Part shown: one piece after another, positions 1 through 11,507 of the stretch
Numbering within the stretch: the first letter of the stretch is position 1
How the letters are laid out: each line of letters starts with the position of its first letter
Assembly: GCA_030264375.1 (NCBI GenBank)
Contig: JASCQW010000119.1
Location: 7,864,026 to 7,928,025, forward strand
Length of the DNA stretch: 64,000 nucleotides
Reading direction: 5' to 3'
Source: Carcharhinus longimanus
Lineage: Eukaryota
The notes under the pieces: generated by a model
What the model was told of the DNA's origin: nothing
What the model saw: the letters and a program-made list of their open reading frames with translations, nothing else
The model's database searches: none
Translations under genes and position numbers: made by a program

Positions 1-600
1 TGTATTCAAAATAAGTCTGACTTTGACGACCTGTGACCAATCCAATACGACGTCGTGGATCTCGCATTGGGGGTATAAAAGAAAGATGCAGCGGAACAAA
101 GATGCGAGAGCAATGTCACATGTCAGAATCATCAGCTCACCGATTTCACCTCTCAACTCTCTCCCTCAAGAGAGAAATGCTGTTTTTTTTTTCTCTCTGT
201 TGCTGCATCGATATCTTTGGGTAAGCACAATCTAGATTGCAATGGTACCAAAGAGGAAAACAGTCCCAGAAGGCGGAATCAAACGAAAAGTCCCAGAATA
301 TTTCGGAAGTAACAAAAGCTAGATTTAGTTTACATAGTTTAACATGATATTTTTGTTAATATTTAGGCATTGCATTTATTGAAACAACAAAATACTAGAA
401 TATCACTTTTTGGGAATAGTTAATTGGTAGAAGGGGTATGGTTAGCTTCTTCATAATCTAGGTATTTGTTTCACCAGTAGTTAGACAAATCAATTCTTGA
501 ACATTGATATTTAAGTAGATGCCAAGGCTGTATTTTGTATTTCACCACTAAAAGTTCCTGAAGAACATGTTATACAATTTCACCGGCACGTTTTACAAAT
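1..600 (+). repeat. 5' LTR of the Gmr1-like element (may start before the window)
   Basis: Segment 251-340 (…cccagaaggcggaatcaaacgaaaagtcccagaatatttcggaagtaacaaaagct) aligns by eye to 7470-7560 (…tccagatagaagaatcaacagagaagacccagaataatcggaaagatacaaaacct). TATA-like tataaaa at ~75. Confidence 0.6.
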
Positions 601-2511
601 TGTGGGGTGGTAGAATCTTTGGGTTCTTTCCCGGGACGTGGGGAGGGTAGCGGGAGTGAACCTCCAGTTTATATTGGATTGGGGGCTAGGGTTTGCGATT
701 ACGTTTGAGTCCTAAAGCTTTAAAAGGTAAATGAGAAATTGAAAAAAACATATTTTTGGTGTCTTGATGTCAGTCAAATCTAACGAGGGAAACCGGCTCT
801 CAGCATTGATTTCCTGAGGTCCGAAAATGCTTGCCAAACTTGCCAAGAAAGTTTAGAAAGACGGGNNNNNNNNNNNNNNNNNNNNNNNNNNNNNNNNNNN
901 NNNNNNNNNNNNNNNNNNNNNNNNNNNNNNNNNNNNNNNNNNNNNNNNNNNNNNNNNNNNNNNNNTGAGTAACAAAAACTGCAAAAGTAGCAATTGGAGT
1001 CAGAAATTAAACTTAAAATGCTAGAATCAGAAGAAATCTAAAAAAAAAGAAAAGCGTGCAGAAAGAGAAAGGCAGAGAAGGACTCGCAGTCGAATTGGCA
1101 CAGACAGCGAAGGCAGAGAAAAAAGGTGTGAAAAGGCACAACAGAAGGCAAAGAAAGGAATATAGTTGAAAAAACAAATATAGTTGAAAAAAAAAGACGT
1201 TGGAACTTGCCACAAAATGACTTCCAATGACAAAAGTAAAATTGCAAGATAGAAACAGTGATGAACACACTCATCGTAGCAAACGGCCTGGATCAGGTAT
1301 ATGCAAATATGTCCAACCATCATCAAACTTCGGTGAAAAAGATGCATAAGTCTTTCAATGTTCCTTTCAGCAACTCGCTCTACCGATGAAATGACCAGGA
1401 GAAGTGTGGGAAATGTTAATTCAGATCAGCTGCTGGGCAGGTTTACTGAGGTGTTTGCCGCGCCGTCGAATGAGCTGCACGGAAATTATGAAGAAGCGGA
1501 GAGGGCAAATTTGAGTTCCCGATGAATTGATACCAGAGGCTATCGACAAAAATTCACAAATTCAAACAAAGGGACCAAGACAGGCTTATTTCGAGATTGG
1601 AAGAACTGAATAGAACAACTTTGATAAATGGGTGAGCGCATCCAATATAGAAAAGACATATGTGTCATTTAGAGATGCCATTTTATTGGAGGAGAATAAA
1701 AATTCACTTGCCGAAATGATATGATCTCACGTTGTGGAAGTGACAGTTGAAGCAGCGAGAAAAGCTGCAAAGATTATGGATGAATATGAATTCGTACATC
1801 AGTCGAAAATTAAATGCCGTCAAAAAAATCATTCCGTGAGAGATAGAAATTGGGAAAGTGAAGATCTATCAATTAACAAAAAGTAGATCAAGTTGGGAAC
1901 AGTTTACCACCTGTGAAAAAGGAAGTCAAAGAAGTTGGAAAAAAACATGAAAACCTCCTGTGTTTTCACTGTAATAACGTGGGAAACATAATGTCAGAGC
2001 GCCGGTGATCCATGGAAGACACTGTTAGAAAATGTGCTAAATGAGACTCAACCTGAGGCATTAGTTAAGACGGTCAAGAAAATGCCGAGGAAATTTGAGG
2101 AACTGAAGGAGCGTGCACAGCCTAGACATGGGCTGAATGGCAAGCTGGCACCCGATACTTTCAAACACTTCACGTATGTGGTTAAGATTTACTCAAATAG
2201 AACAGGGGGAGTAGGTAAATAAGTCAAAATTTTGAGATAATTGGGTGATAATCAATCACTTGTAATAAGGGATGAGAATAGCCACGCTCCTTCTGAAATA
2301 TTGCCTGAGAGATTAACAGCCTTTGGAATAAATTGAGAGAGTAGTGGTTGTCCCCGTGTAAAATGAAGTTGGCCAGTCCAGTCAAGACATTGGAAATTAG
2401 AGTGGTAGTGATGGAAAACTTGGTTATTCCAGGAATACAGTTTGTTGTTGGAAATTACAATTAGGTGGGACATAGATGGGAGCTGTACGCATTGTAATAG
2501 AAAACACGAAG

Positions 2512-3350
2512 TGTTGTCTGCCGCAACGTTTGTTTTAACCCTTACACGGTGGACAAATGACTACGAGTAGACGTATTGTTAGTACAACTAATATTTATTT
2601 AAATCCACACAAAGAATAATCACTCACCCGACCTACAATAAGTTATCTTACAGAAAATACTAGAATTCATGAGTAATGCAAGACCTTGACTTAATTTTGC
2701 GTGACCGGCAATTACCCAAGCAGATATTAACCTTTATCTGTGCGCTGCTGTCGGTAGTCGTCTGGACTGGTCTGACACTCTGGCTTTGGTCTTCCTTCCG
2801 TCCTTCTCCGGCGTGGTGGCTCTCCTCATGCTGGTTGTCGCTGGTGATGTTCACCATTGTTGTAGTTCGTTCGTGGGGTCACAGAGAGAGAGAGAGACAG
2901 ACAGACAGAGGGAGGGAAAGAAAGAGAGAGAGAGAAAGTTTCCTGGTTGTGCAGCACCAATTAATCACGATTTGATCTCCCTGATCGATAAGATTCCAAT
3001 CAGGTGCTACCACATCGATCTCTGGGTTTTTCCTTAACGGCCATGTCTGTCGGTGCTCGAGGCAAATTGGTCACGTATCTCCCTCCTAAATAAGTGTTCA
3101 CGGTGCCCTTATGCCTGGTACACAACCCAGTGTGACCAGAAAATCTCTCATCCTGGAGATGAAACAACCCAGTGTGACTATAAATTCCCTTTCATCCTGG
3201 AGATGATCCATATCATGGTTATTCACTTGTCAAGGTTGCAGCCTGTGTGTCTCTGCCTTTAAATTGCAGCCTGTCGTTTTACTTGTTGCCCAATTGTCCC
3301 AGACTGCTTTACAAATCAAATCATCATTTTACATGACCTGTTTGGACACA
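2512..3350 (-). mobile_element. Solo-LTR-like insertion inside the Gmr1-like element
   Basis: Begins TGTTG and ends GACACA. It interrupts the region between protease and integrase, has a minus-strand AATAAA near 2595 and contains a (GA)n/(GACA)n tract. No clean TSD seen. Confidence 0.5.
2883..2935. repeat. (GA)n/(GACA)n microsatellite
   Basis: Directly visible in the sequence. Confidence 0.9.
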
Positions 3351-3779
3351 AAAAAGAAAACCAGGAAACTGACGAGTTAAAACAATATTCTGGGATTATT
3401 TCGGACTGAGACGGCAGAATTCCACAGCCATGAGTTGAACTGGAATACTCGAATGTGGAATAAAATAGAAATGTGAAGTAGTTGAGGTACAGTTACCTGA
3501 CCCTTTTTAGATTAGATGATTTATATAAAAAAAACCTGAACATTTCGAGAATCAGGCAGCTGTATTAGTTGTGAAATATCAATCGATTTACAACAAAATG
3601 ATGAAACAATGAAGGATTTACATCACAAAGCCTACTCTGAAAAGTGAATCAGTAAGTACCTTAACAATAACACATTAAAATAGAAATGAAGGCCTTGGCA
3701 GGTTAGTGCAGATGAGAAATGGCAGAAGTTCACCAGATTGTATTGCTGGTCGAATGCAGACAGGTCTAATTGTGAGGCA

Positions 3780-4560
3780 AAGAGGAATAACCTGTAGCAG
3801 GTCAAATAGGAGTGAAAATGGCGCATGCTAACATATAGAATCATTTTTATTGGTCTGGATTGCATCAAGATGTGGTTGAATATTGTCATATCAGGCATAT
3901 GTGCCAGATGTTAGGAAAGCTACAGGTAATGGCAAAACCAGCGCCTTTGATGCCAATTCCACATTTGAAGAATCTATTTTTTTTAACCCGGGCTACAATT
4001 GATTCTGTTGTTCTCCTCCCTAAAAGCAAACGCGGAGACTGTCATTTGTCAACCGTAAACGATGTCTCTACCAGGTGTCAAGAGGCAATTCCATTCCAGA
4101 ATGTCAGAGCAAAAAATGTTGTTGAGAAGTTATTCGCTTTCTTTAGCAGGATTACCCAGGGAATGTTATTCAGACGCAGGGACCAAATTTCCTGCCAATT
4201 TACTTATAGAGATCATCAATTGTTTGGACATCAGATACTTTTCCTCAAGTGTGTATCATTCTGAATCACATGGATCATTCGAATGGCAGTATCAGAATCG
4301 TGGCAACGTCTTGAGGATTACTGCCCAATGATTGCGGAAAATGAATCCCATTTGTATTATGTGCGAATAGAGATGCTCCAAATGAATCGACTTAGTTAAC
4401 TCTACTTGAATTAATATTGAACACGGAGTAAGAGTTCCTTTAAAATTAATTAAGTAATTCGGTATGTCAGATTGAAGAGCTCTCACACTTGGAGTATGTA
4501 TCTCAGGTGAAATAAAGAACAGGCAGAGTGAGTAAATTAGCTCAACAACATTTGAAGGCA
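3780..4560 (+). pseudogene. Retrotransposon integrase remnant
   Basis: HQDVVEYCHIRHMCQMLGK…KPAPLMPIP…IDSVVLLPKSKRG…DVSTRCQEAIPFQNVRAKNVVEKL matches the Gypsy integrase zinc-binding and core motifs. Frameshifted. Confidence 0.85.
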
Positions 4561-5649
4561 NNNNNNNNNNNNNNNNNNNNNNNNNNNNNNNNNNNNNNNN
4601 NNNNNNNNNNNNNNNNNNNNNNNNNNNNNNNNNNNNNNNNNNNNNNNNNNNNNNNNNNNNNNNNNNNNNNNNNNNNNNNNNNNNNNNNNNNNNNNNNNNN
4701 NNNNNNNNNNNNNNNNNNNNNNNNNNNNNNNNNNNNNNNNNNNNNNNNNNNNNNNNNNNNNNNNNNNNNNNNNNNNNNNNNNNNNNNNNNNNNNNNNNNN
4801 NNNNNNNNNNNNNNNNNNNNNNNNNNNNNNNNNNNNNNNNNNNNNNNNNNNNNNNNNNNNNNNNNNNNNNNNNNNNNNNNNNNNNNNNNNNNNNNNNNNN
4901 NNNNNNNNNNNNNNNNNNNNNNNNNNNNNNNNNNNNNNNNNNNNNNNNNNNNNNNNNNNNNNNNNNNNNNNNNNNNNNNNNNNNNNNNNNNNNNNNNNNN
5001 NNNNNNNNNNNNNNNNNNNNNNNNNNNNNNNNNNNNNNNNNNNNNNNNNNNNNNNNNNNNNNNNNNNNNNNNNNNNNNNNNNNNNNNNNNNNNNNNNNNN
5101 NNNNNNNNNNNNNNNNNNNNNNNNNNNNNNNNNNNNNNNNNNNNNNNNNNNNNNNNNNNNNNNNNNNNNNNNNNNNNNNNNNNNNNNNNNNNNNNNNNNN
5201 NNNNNNNNNNNNNNNNNNNNNNNNNNNNNNNNNNNNNNNNNNNNNNNNNNNNNNNNNNNNNNNNNNNNNNNNNNNNNNNNNNNNNNNNNNNNNNNNNNNN
5301 NNNNNNNNNNNNNNNNNNNNNNNNNNNNNNNNNNNNNNNNNNNNNNNNNNNNGTGAAAAAAAGTTATTTTTTTACCTTCTCCTTGGGATAAAGTAATATT
5401 GCTATTACAAGTGATGGCAAAACTCTTTAAATCAAGTTTTGTTATGGAAGGTAAAGAAAAGCCCAGAAACAGATATTAATTACTGCCACTCAGAATGAGG
5501 AACACAAAGTAGGCGATTTGGATTTTAATTGGTTTCGGAATCAATTAACAATGAAGAAGTCCTTCAGGAATGGGAAATGATAGATCAATGTTTGTCCCAT
5601 GAACAGAAAACTGAATTAAACGTTGTTTTTCCCAGTGCTGTGAGGATCT

Positions 5650-6960
5650 ATGAAGAAATATAACGGGAAGGATTAATGCCATAGTGCACAAGATTGACAT
5701 AGAAAACACTGTTGCAATGGAACGACACACCTCCGTCGTAATCCTCTCAAAGCAGCGCAAATTCAGAAGGAGGTGGAGGCAATGCTTCAAGATGGCATCA
5801 TAGGAGAGAACCAAATTGAATGGAGTTTGCCAAACGTGTTGGTTCGTGAACGATCAACGATCTTACGTAGGTATTGGAAGTTACATGTTCTGAATAATTC
5901 CGACTCATATCCAATTACAAAGCAGGAGGTTTGTGTAAAAAAAAATGACAAGCCACTTTTATGACAACAATATTTTACATATTTTGTGGTTAGTAGTGAA
6001 TACCTTGTCGGAGAGAGGAAACGAATTACCTGCTTTTACCACACCAAGTCGATTATATCAATAACGGAATGACTTTTGGATGGAGAACACACAAACCACT
6101 TTTGTTTTTGTTTTAAAGCTTGTGAACAGAGTTGTTGCAGAATTGTCTAATTGTCCTATCCACATAGATTACTTGGTCGTCTTCAGCCATTTGTGGAAAG
6201 ATCAGATGGAGCATATCTGGTAAAGCTCGCGAGAGACGCGAGAACGTAAAAAAAAAATCCACAAGCTTCACAAAAATACAATTCGTAAAGGCAAGACTGA
6301 CATTAGAAAGGCGCAACACTGGATATGGACCGATGACTCCGAGAAACTTGAGTACAAATGCCATCGTGGCATTTCCAGGACAGTCCTTACAAAAAAACTG
6401 CTACAATTTATTTGTCCCTAATTGAGCAGTCTCTACAGGAATGTGTACAAAATTTAACATCATCGACGCACGTCTGAGAAATTTGATAAAAAGAATTGTG
6501 AATGACAGAACAATGCCAAGAGTAATTTGAGAATTTAAAAACAGTATTAAACACCTCACCCGTTTTAGCCACGCAAATATTTATGCACCCATTGAACATC
6601 GCCATAGACGAAGTGACGAAGGTTCTGGAGTTATTTTGTGACAGAGGGAAGGTTGTGCAATTGAGAAGCCAAAATTTTATTTAAAAAAACCTCAATATCC
6701 ACCAAAGCAAAAATGTCCCATTATTGAAAAAAAATATTTTCTGAGTTTGGTCATAACCTTACAGCATTTTAATGTTATATTTCAAAAGAAAAATCGGCAG
6801 CATCGATTGAGTATATCAATCCCAATTCTTTGACAATTAGGAAAGAAGTACTCACAAGGGCGTCATATTATTTCGTTGAAGTTTCATCTTACGAGTATTT
6901 GGTGTTCACAATGTATGCGTTGTTGGCCTTGAAAAATACATTGCAGATTTTAGGTTTTGT
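5650..6960 (+). pseudogene. Retrotransposon reverse transcriptase / RNase H remnant
   Basis: KEVEAMLQDGIIGENQIEWSLPNVLV…YWKLHVLNNSDSYPI is the Gypsy RT N-terminus. Downstream AFTTP-like and RNase H-like segments are heavily disrupted. Confidence 0.75.
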
Positions 6961-7319
6961 CATGTTGGGTAGAACGATTGTTGATTGGGACGTAGAAAGT
7001 AAAATTTGATGTTTGTAAATAGGGTAGAATTGTAAAATGCTAAGTGGGCATGCATTGTATGGTTTCTTCTAAATTTGCTGATTTTCTGTGCAGAGATTTT
7101 TTTCTTTTGTACAAATACAAATACGTAGAGAGACCTATAATGACAGGCCAAGCATCTTTTTTAAGTCAAAACAACAGGCATTTGCACTTACCGAATCAAT
7201 CTATTTCTTGCACTTAAATGGCAAAAGTCATATTTAGTTTTAATTTAATGATTTTTGGCAAACTACTACAATCCTATTTTTGAAATATTGATATGTCATC
7301 GCCTGTATAGTAGACGAGG

Positions 7320-8520
7320 GCATTAATACAAAGTGGAGTGAGAAACTGTCGTCTGCAAGAGCTAGCAACTCACAGCTCTTAGTTTTTAAATTCCACTTGA
7401 GAGAGAATTCCGAGCTGCCATGGCTTAACCTAAGTATTAGAGAAACACCATCTGGATAACAAAGAGACCGACGAAGAAAGGATCTCCAGATAGAAGAATC
7501 AACAGAGAAGACCCAGAATAATCGGAAAGATACAAAACCTTGCTCGAATTCAGAGGGTTATGAGATTGTGCTTATTTTCGTGAGTAGGAATTTGCGTGGA
7601 TTGAGGATTGGCTATCTAACAGGAAGCAGAGAGTTGGAATAAATGGATGCTTTTCTGGTTGGCAGATGGTGACTAGTGGCAAGCCGCAGGGATCGGTGCT
7701 GGGACCTCAATTGTTTACCATCTACATAGATGATCTNNNNNNNNNNNNNNNNNNNNNNNNNNNNNNNNNNNNNNNNNNNNNNNNNNNNNNNNNNNNNNNN
7801 NNNNNNNNNNNNNNNNNNNNNNNNNNNNNNNNNNNNNNNNNNNNNNNNNNNNNNNNNNNNNNNNNNNNNNNNNNNNNNNNNNNNNNNNNNNNNNNNNNNN
7901 NNNNNNNNNNNNNNNNNNNNNNNNNNNNNNNNNNNNNNNNNNNNNNNNNNNNNNNNNNNNNNNNNNNNNNNNNNNNNNNNNNNNNNNNNNNNNNNNNNNN
8001 NNNNNNNNNNNNNNNNNNNNNNNNNNNNNNNNNNNNNNNNNNNNNNNNNNNNNNNNNNNNNNNNNNNNNNNNNNNNNNNNNNNNNNNNNNNNNNNNNNNN
8101 NNNNNNNAATAGGGGGGGGGGGGAGCAGGTGGGCAGTTTACAACAGGGTTGAGGAGGAACTTCTTCTCTCAGAGGGTGTTGATTGTCTGGAATTCTCTGC
8201 CCATTGAAGTGGTGGTAGCGACCTCGTTGAACATTTTTAAGACATGGGTAGATAGATTTCTGATTGATAAAGTAATAAGAGTTATGGGGAGTAGGCGGCT
8301 AAGTGGAACTGATCCACTTCAGATCAGCTATGATCTTATTGAATGGCGGGACATGCTCGAAGGTTTAGATGGCCTACTCCTGCTCCTATTTCCGATGTTG
8401 TTATGACATACAATTAGAATCCTGTTTCATTCTATGATCTTTAATAATTGACAGCGATTCATTTGGGATTGTTAATAACTTAGTTATTTTCTTCACAGTC
8501 ATTTATATGAACGATGTGTT
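7320..8520 (+). repeat. 3' LTR of the Gmr1-like element, split by a CR1 insertion
   Basis: 7320-7580 resembles 70-360, and 8406-8480 resembles 483-555. Boundaries are approximate. Confidence 0.55.
7585..8405 (+). mobile_element. 5'-truncated CR1 LINE (spans an N gap)
   Basis: [13 protein letters not shown]…[22 protein letters not shown], then RRNFFSQRV…WNSLP and a CR1 3' tail (ggcctactcctgctccta). Confidence 0.9.
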
Positions 8521-8629
8521 ACGTCCTGATTTTTAAAAAAAGTGTATTTATTTCACTTGTATTTATTATTGGCGAGTAAAATGTATATTAACATTGCAAT
8601 AACGTTACTGTGAAATTTCCCTCGTCATC

Positions 8630-8857
8630 ACACCCTGGCACCTTTTCGGCTCAATGCAGTTAACCAACACGTTTCTCTTTCAGACTGTGGGAGGAAGCAG
8701 ACGCACCCGGAGGAAACCCACGCAGACACGGGGAGAATGTGCGAAATCAACACCGACACGGCAATTCGTGCAAGCTCCACATAGACAGTGAACCAGGCCG
8801 GAGATAGAACTTGGATCCCTGGTGCTGTGAGGAAGAATTGTGCCACCGTGCCGCCCC
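8630..8857 (-). mobile_element. V-SINE (HE1-like), tRNA-derived
   Basis: Reverse-complement V-domain tgtgggaggaa…cacccggaggaaacccacgcagacacggggaga and head gggcggcacggtggcaca. Confidence 0.85.
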
Positions 8858-10585
8858 CACATGCATGTTGGAGTACATCAGGGATTCATTTTCTATGTAA
8901 CCACCATAGGTTGCTGAAGAGCACATCAAACCACTTCACACCCACCTTTTGCAGATTAGAATGCGAGGTGCTCCTCTTTGGCTGTTTTGATGCTTCTTCT
9001 AAGACGGTAGCATCAATGTCCGAAACGTAACAATTTCGGAAGAATATTCGGGTGGTCGAAATCTGCATCCTTCATCAATAAAGCGTCAGATTGAAATAAC
9101 AGAGAGAACAATTAAACATATTTTGATGACAGAGTTCATTCACGGTCCAGACGAGGTTGGTTTGTGCCCTGACGTTGTGTTACGAGTTAATCTGGTTAGT
9201 CCGAACTTTTTAGGATCCACTGAGAACGTTCATTTGAACTCTCAGCTGAGCGTCTTAGATGACTAGGCCTGCAGGTCGGGTATCAGCCAAGGCAAGAGTC
9301 AGCTTTCTAGATTATACAGGGTCAAATAATAACAGTAAAAAAAAAACAGAAATCGGGCTGCAGGATGGTATTTGGCATTCACTCGTGTTGATTTGTAAAT
9401 CTTGCAAATGATTGATGCAAAGCTTCTTCAGGCGAGAATGATTGCGAAGAAAAGCAATGATAGATGTTTTTTTCTAATTTTATACGTTCGATTAATGGGC
9501 GAGATTTTTCTGTTGTTTGCCAGAGCAACTTAAATCTTCAAGGAACTCATATTGCCCACTGTTTTTTTTTAATGCTATATTTAATACAGTGTAACTGATA
9601 TTGTGAAGTTTGTATTTCTTAATGTTTCTGCAGTAATGGTCATACAGTTCACCCCAGCAACTTTTTTGGCGATGAGCGGCGGTATATCACAGGGTTCTGA
9701 TTGCGTGGGACATGCCCCCTAAGAGTGCATTTTCTTTACATTACAACATTTACCTATTCGAACAATCATTTGGGATCGCGAATGCGGTGTTTCCGAGTAA
9801 AGGAGGTGTTTGAAGTGGATGGCCAGTAACAGAACTTCGTTACTTGTTCATAAGTGGAGCCGAGAGCAAGCCGCACGGCAGGAAAGTCGCAAATTATTGG
9901 GTGTGCTGAAGCTGAAAGGTCAGCTACGGAATCTTTGTACTGTTCGTTTGGAGAAACAAGATGGGAACACAACAGTAACACATGAGGTTAGAACTAATTG
10001 ACGTGGAATGTGACGGCAGGCCCAGAAATCAGGTGGAAATGAGAGTGCATCGGTAATGCAAGAAGTTAGAGCCAATTGAATGGAAATGAACGGTGGGCCC
10101 AGGTGTCAGAAGGCCTCTTGCTGTGGGAGAGTGACGTACATTTGAGTTGTTGAGTTAGAAACCTCAGGGAAAAGTTCTCAGTATGGAACAGTTGGGTCAG
10201 AGGAGTTGTTAGAACTGGCGTTTTTAGGAGGGCTGAGGACTATGAATTAAAACATTCTCAGAAAGTATCAGACAAATATAATAGAAAACAGGAAAAGCGA
10301 GACAACGAGCTCACAGATGATAATCAGAGAAACGGACAGCGAAAACTGCTATAAACCGAATGAAGAAATGATTATACGGTCTAGGCATGCGAAATGTGGC
10401 AGATAATACCGATTCAATACATTAACGTTGAAGATAGGAGCAGGAGGAGGTCACTCGGCACTTTGAGGCTGCGTCACCATTCTTTACGATCATGACTGAT
10501 CGTCCAACTTAGTAACTAACTCTGTTTTCCCCCATAACATTTAAAAATAGACCCAGGCGCTATATCTAGCCATCGGTTGAATACA

Positions 10586-11507
10586 AAGAAAACAAAACAA
10601 AGAACAACACAGCACGGGAAGCAGGCCCTTCGGCCCAATGAGCCCGCGGCGCCATTTTAACATTATGAGTGCCCTCATCTACTCATGACCTTCTCTACAC
10701 CTACTGGGGAAGATTGAGGGAAGACTATTTTAGGGACAATTTGCTACACCAATCAGCCTAAAAGCACGTTTTTGGGATGTGGGAGGAAACTGGAGCACCC
10801 GGAGACAACCCACGCAAGCACGGGGAGAATATGCAAACTCCCGCAGACACCGGCCCAAATCTATGTATCTGCACAGCAAACAGTGATAGTCACTGAGCTA
10901 TCATGTTGCCCGTCAGATGGTCCAGTTTAAGCGTACACTAACGATGTGAAGCAGTAGGCAACGCTCGAAGCAACATCCAAGAGCAGCCCTCACACGACCG
11001 ACTGCGTGTATGCCCCATGTTGGGCAACAAGGCGGACCGAATCACCTGTGAAGTAAAGGAAAAGGCATCAACTAACCTGCAAAGCTTAGGCAGACATTTA
11101 CAGAATCCCCAGAAGTGCAGAAATAAAGCAAGTGAGTCATGACATATGTTGGAAGGTCCATGGGAATCATTTGATTCCCAGGGATGTCCCAAAGCTCTTG
11201 ACCTTTATTTAGAAAAGTCTCCTGTACCCCTCCATCTCTAGTCAGCTCATGTGACTGTTTAAGTAAGCCTTAAACAACCCTAGCGTGCCTGCCTCCACCA
11301 CCTTACTTGGCAGAGCATTCCAGGGTCCCACCACCCTCTGTGTGNNNNNNNNNNGTTCAACCTCCCCCCCCCCTCCCCCCGCTCACCCTAAGCCGTGGCC
11401 CCTCGTAAATATTGTATCAAACCTAGGAAAAAGCTTACCACTGTTCACTTTATCTATACCCTTCATAATCTTATACACCTCTATTCGATCTCTCCTCATT
11501 CTCCGAA
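10586..11507 (-). mobile_element. Nested composite insertion (CR1 ORF2 end + spacer + V-SINE) with 9-bp TSD TTGAATACA
   Basis: TTGAATACA at 10577-10585 and 11508-11516. The host CR1 sequence is continuous across the insertion. 11240-11507 is the same CR1 subfamily as 21054-21588. Confidence 0.8.
10700..10911 (-). mobile_element. V-SINE (HE1-like)
   Basis: V-domain tgtgggaggaaactggagcacccggagacaacccacgcaagcacggggaga. Confidence 0.8.

Larger units (their letters stand above)
1..8520 (+). mobile_element. Degenerate Gmr1-like (Ty3/Gypsy) LTR retrotransposon, order gag-PR-IN-RT-RH
   Basis: Gag-like LLGRFTEVFAA...YRQKF (~1430-1560), zinc knuckle CFHCNNVGNI (~1960), protease remnant VKILR*LG (~2223), integrase ORF 3860-4264, RT-like ORF 5773-5964 and RNase H-like ~6560-6960. 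Diverged homologous terminal repeats at ~70-600 and ~7320-8520. Many stops and frameshifts. Confidence 0.85.

Noticed and set aside
4528-5391. Long ORFs in the track (also 7666-8152 and 32412-33282)
   Set aside because: They are long only because they run through N gaps.
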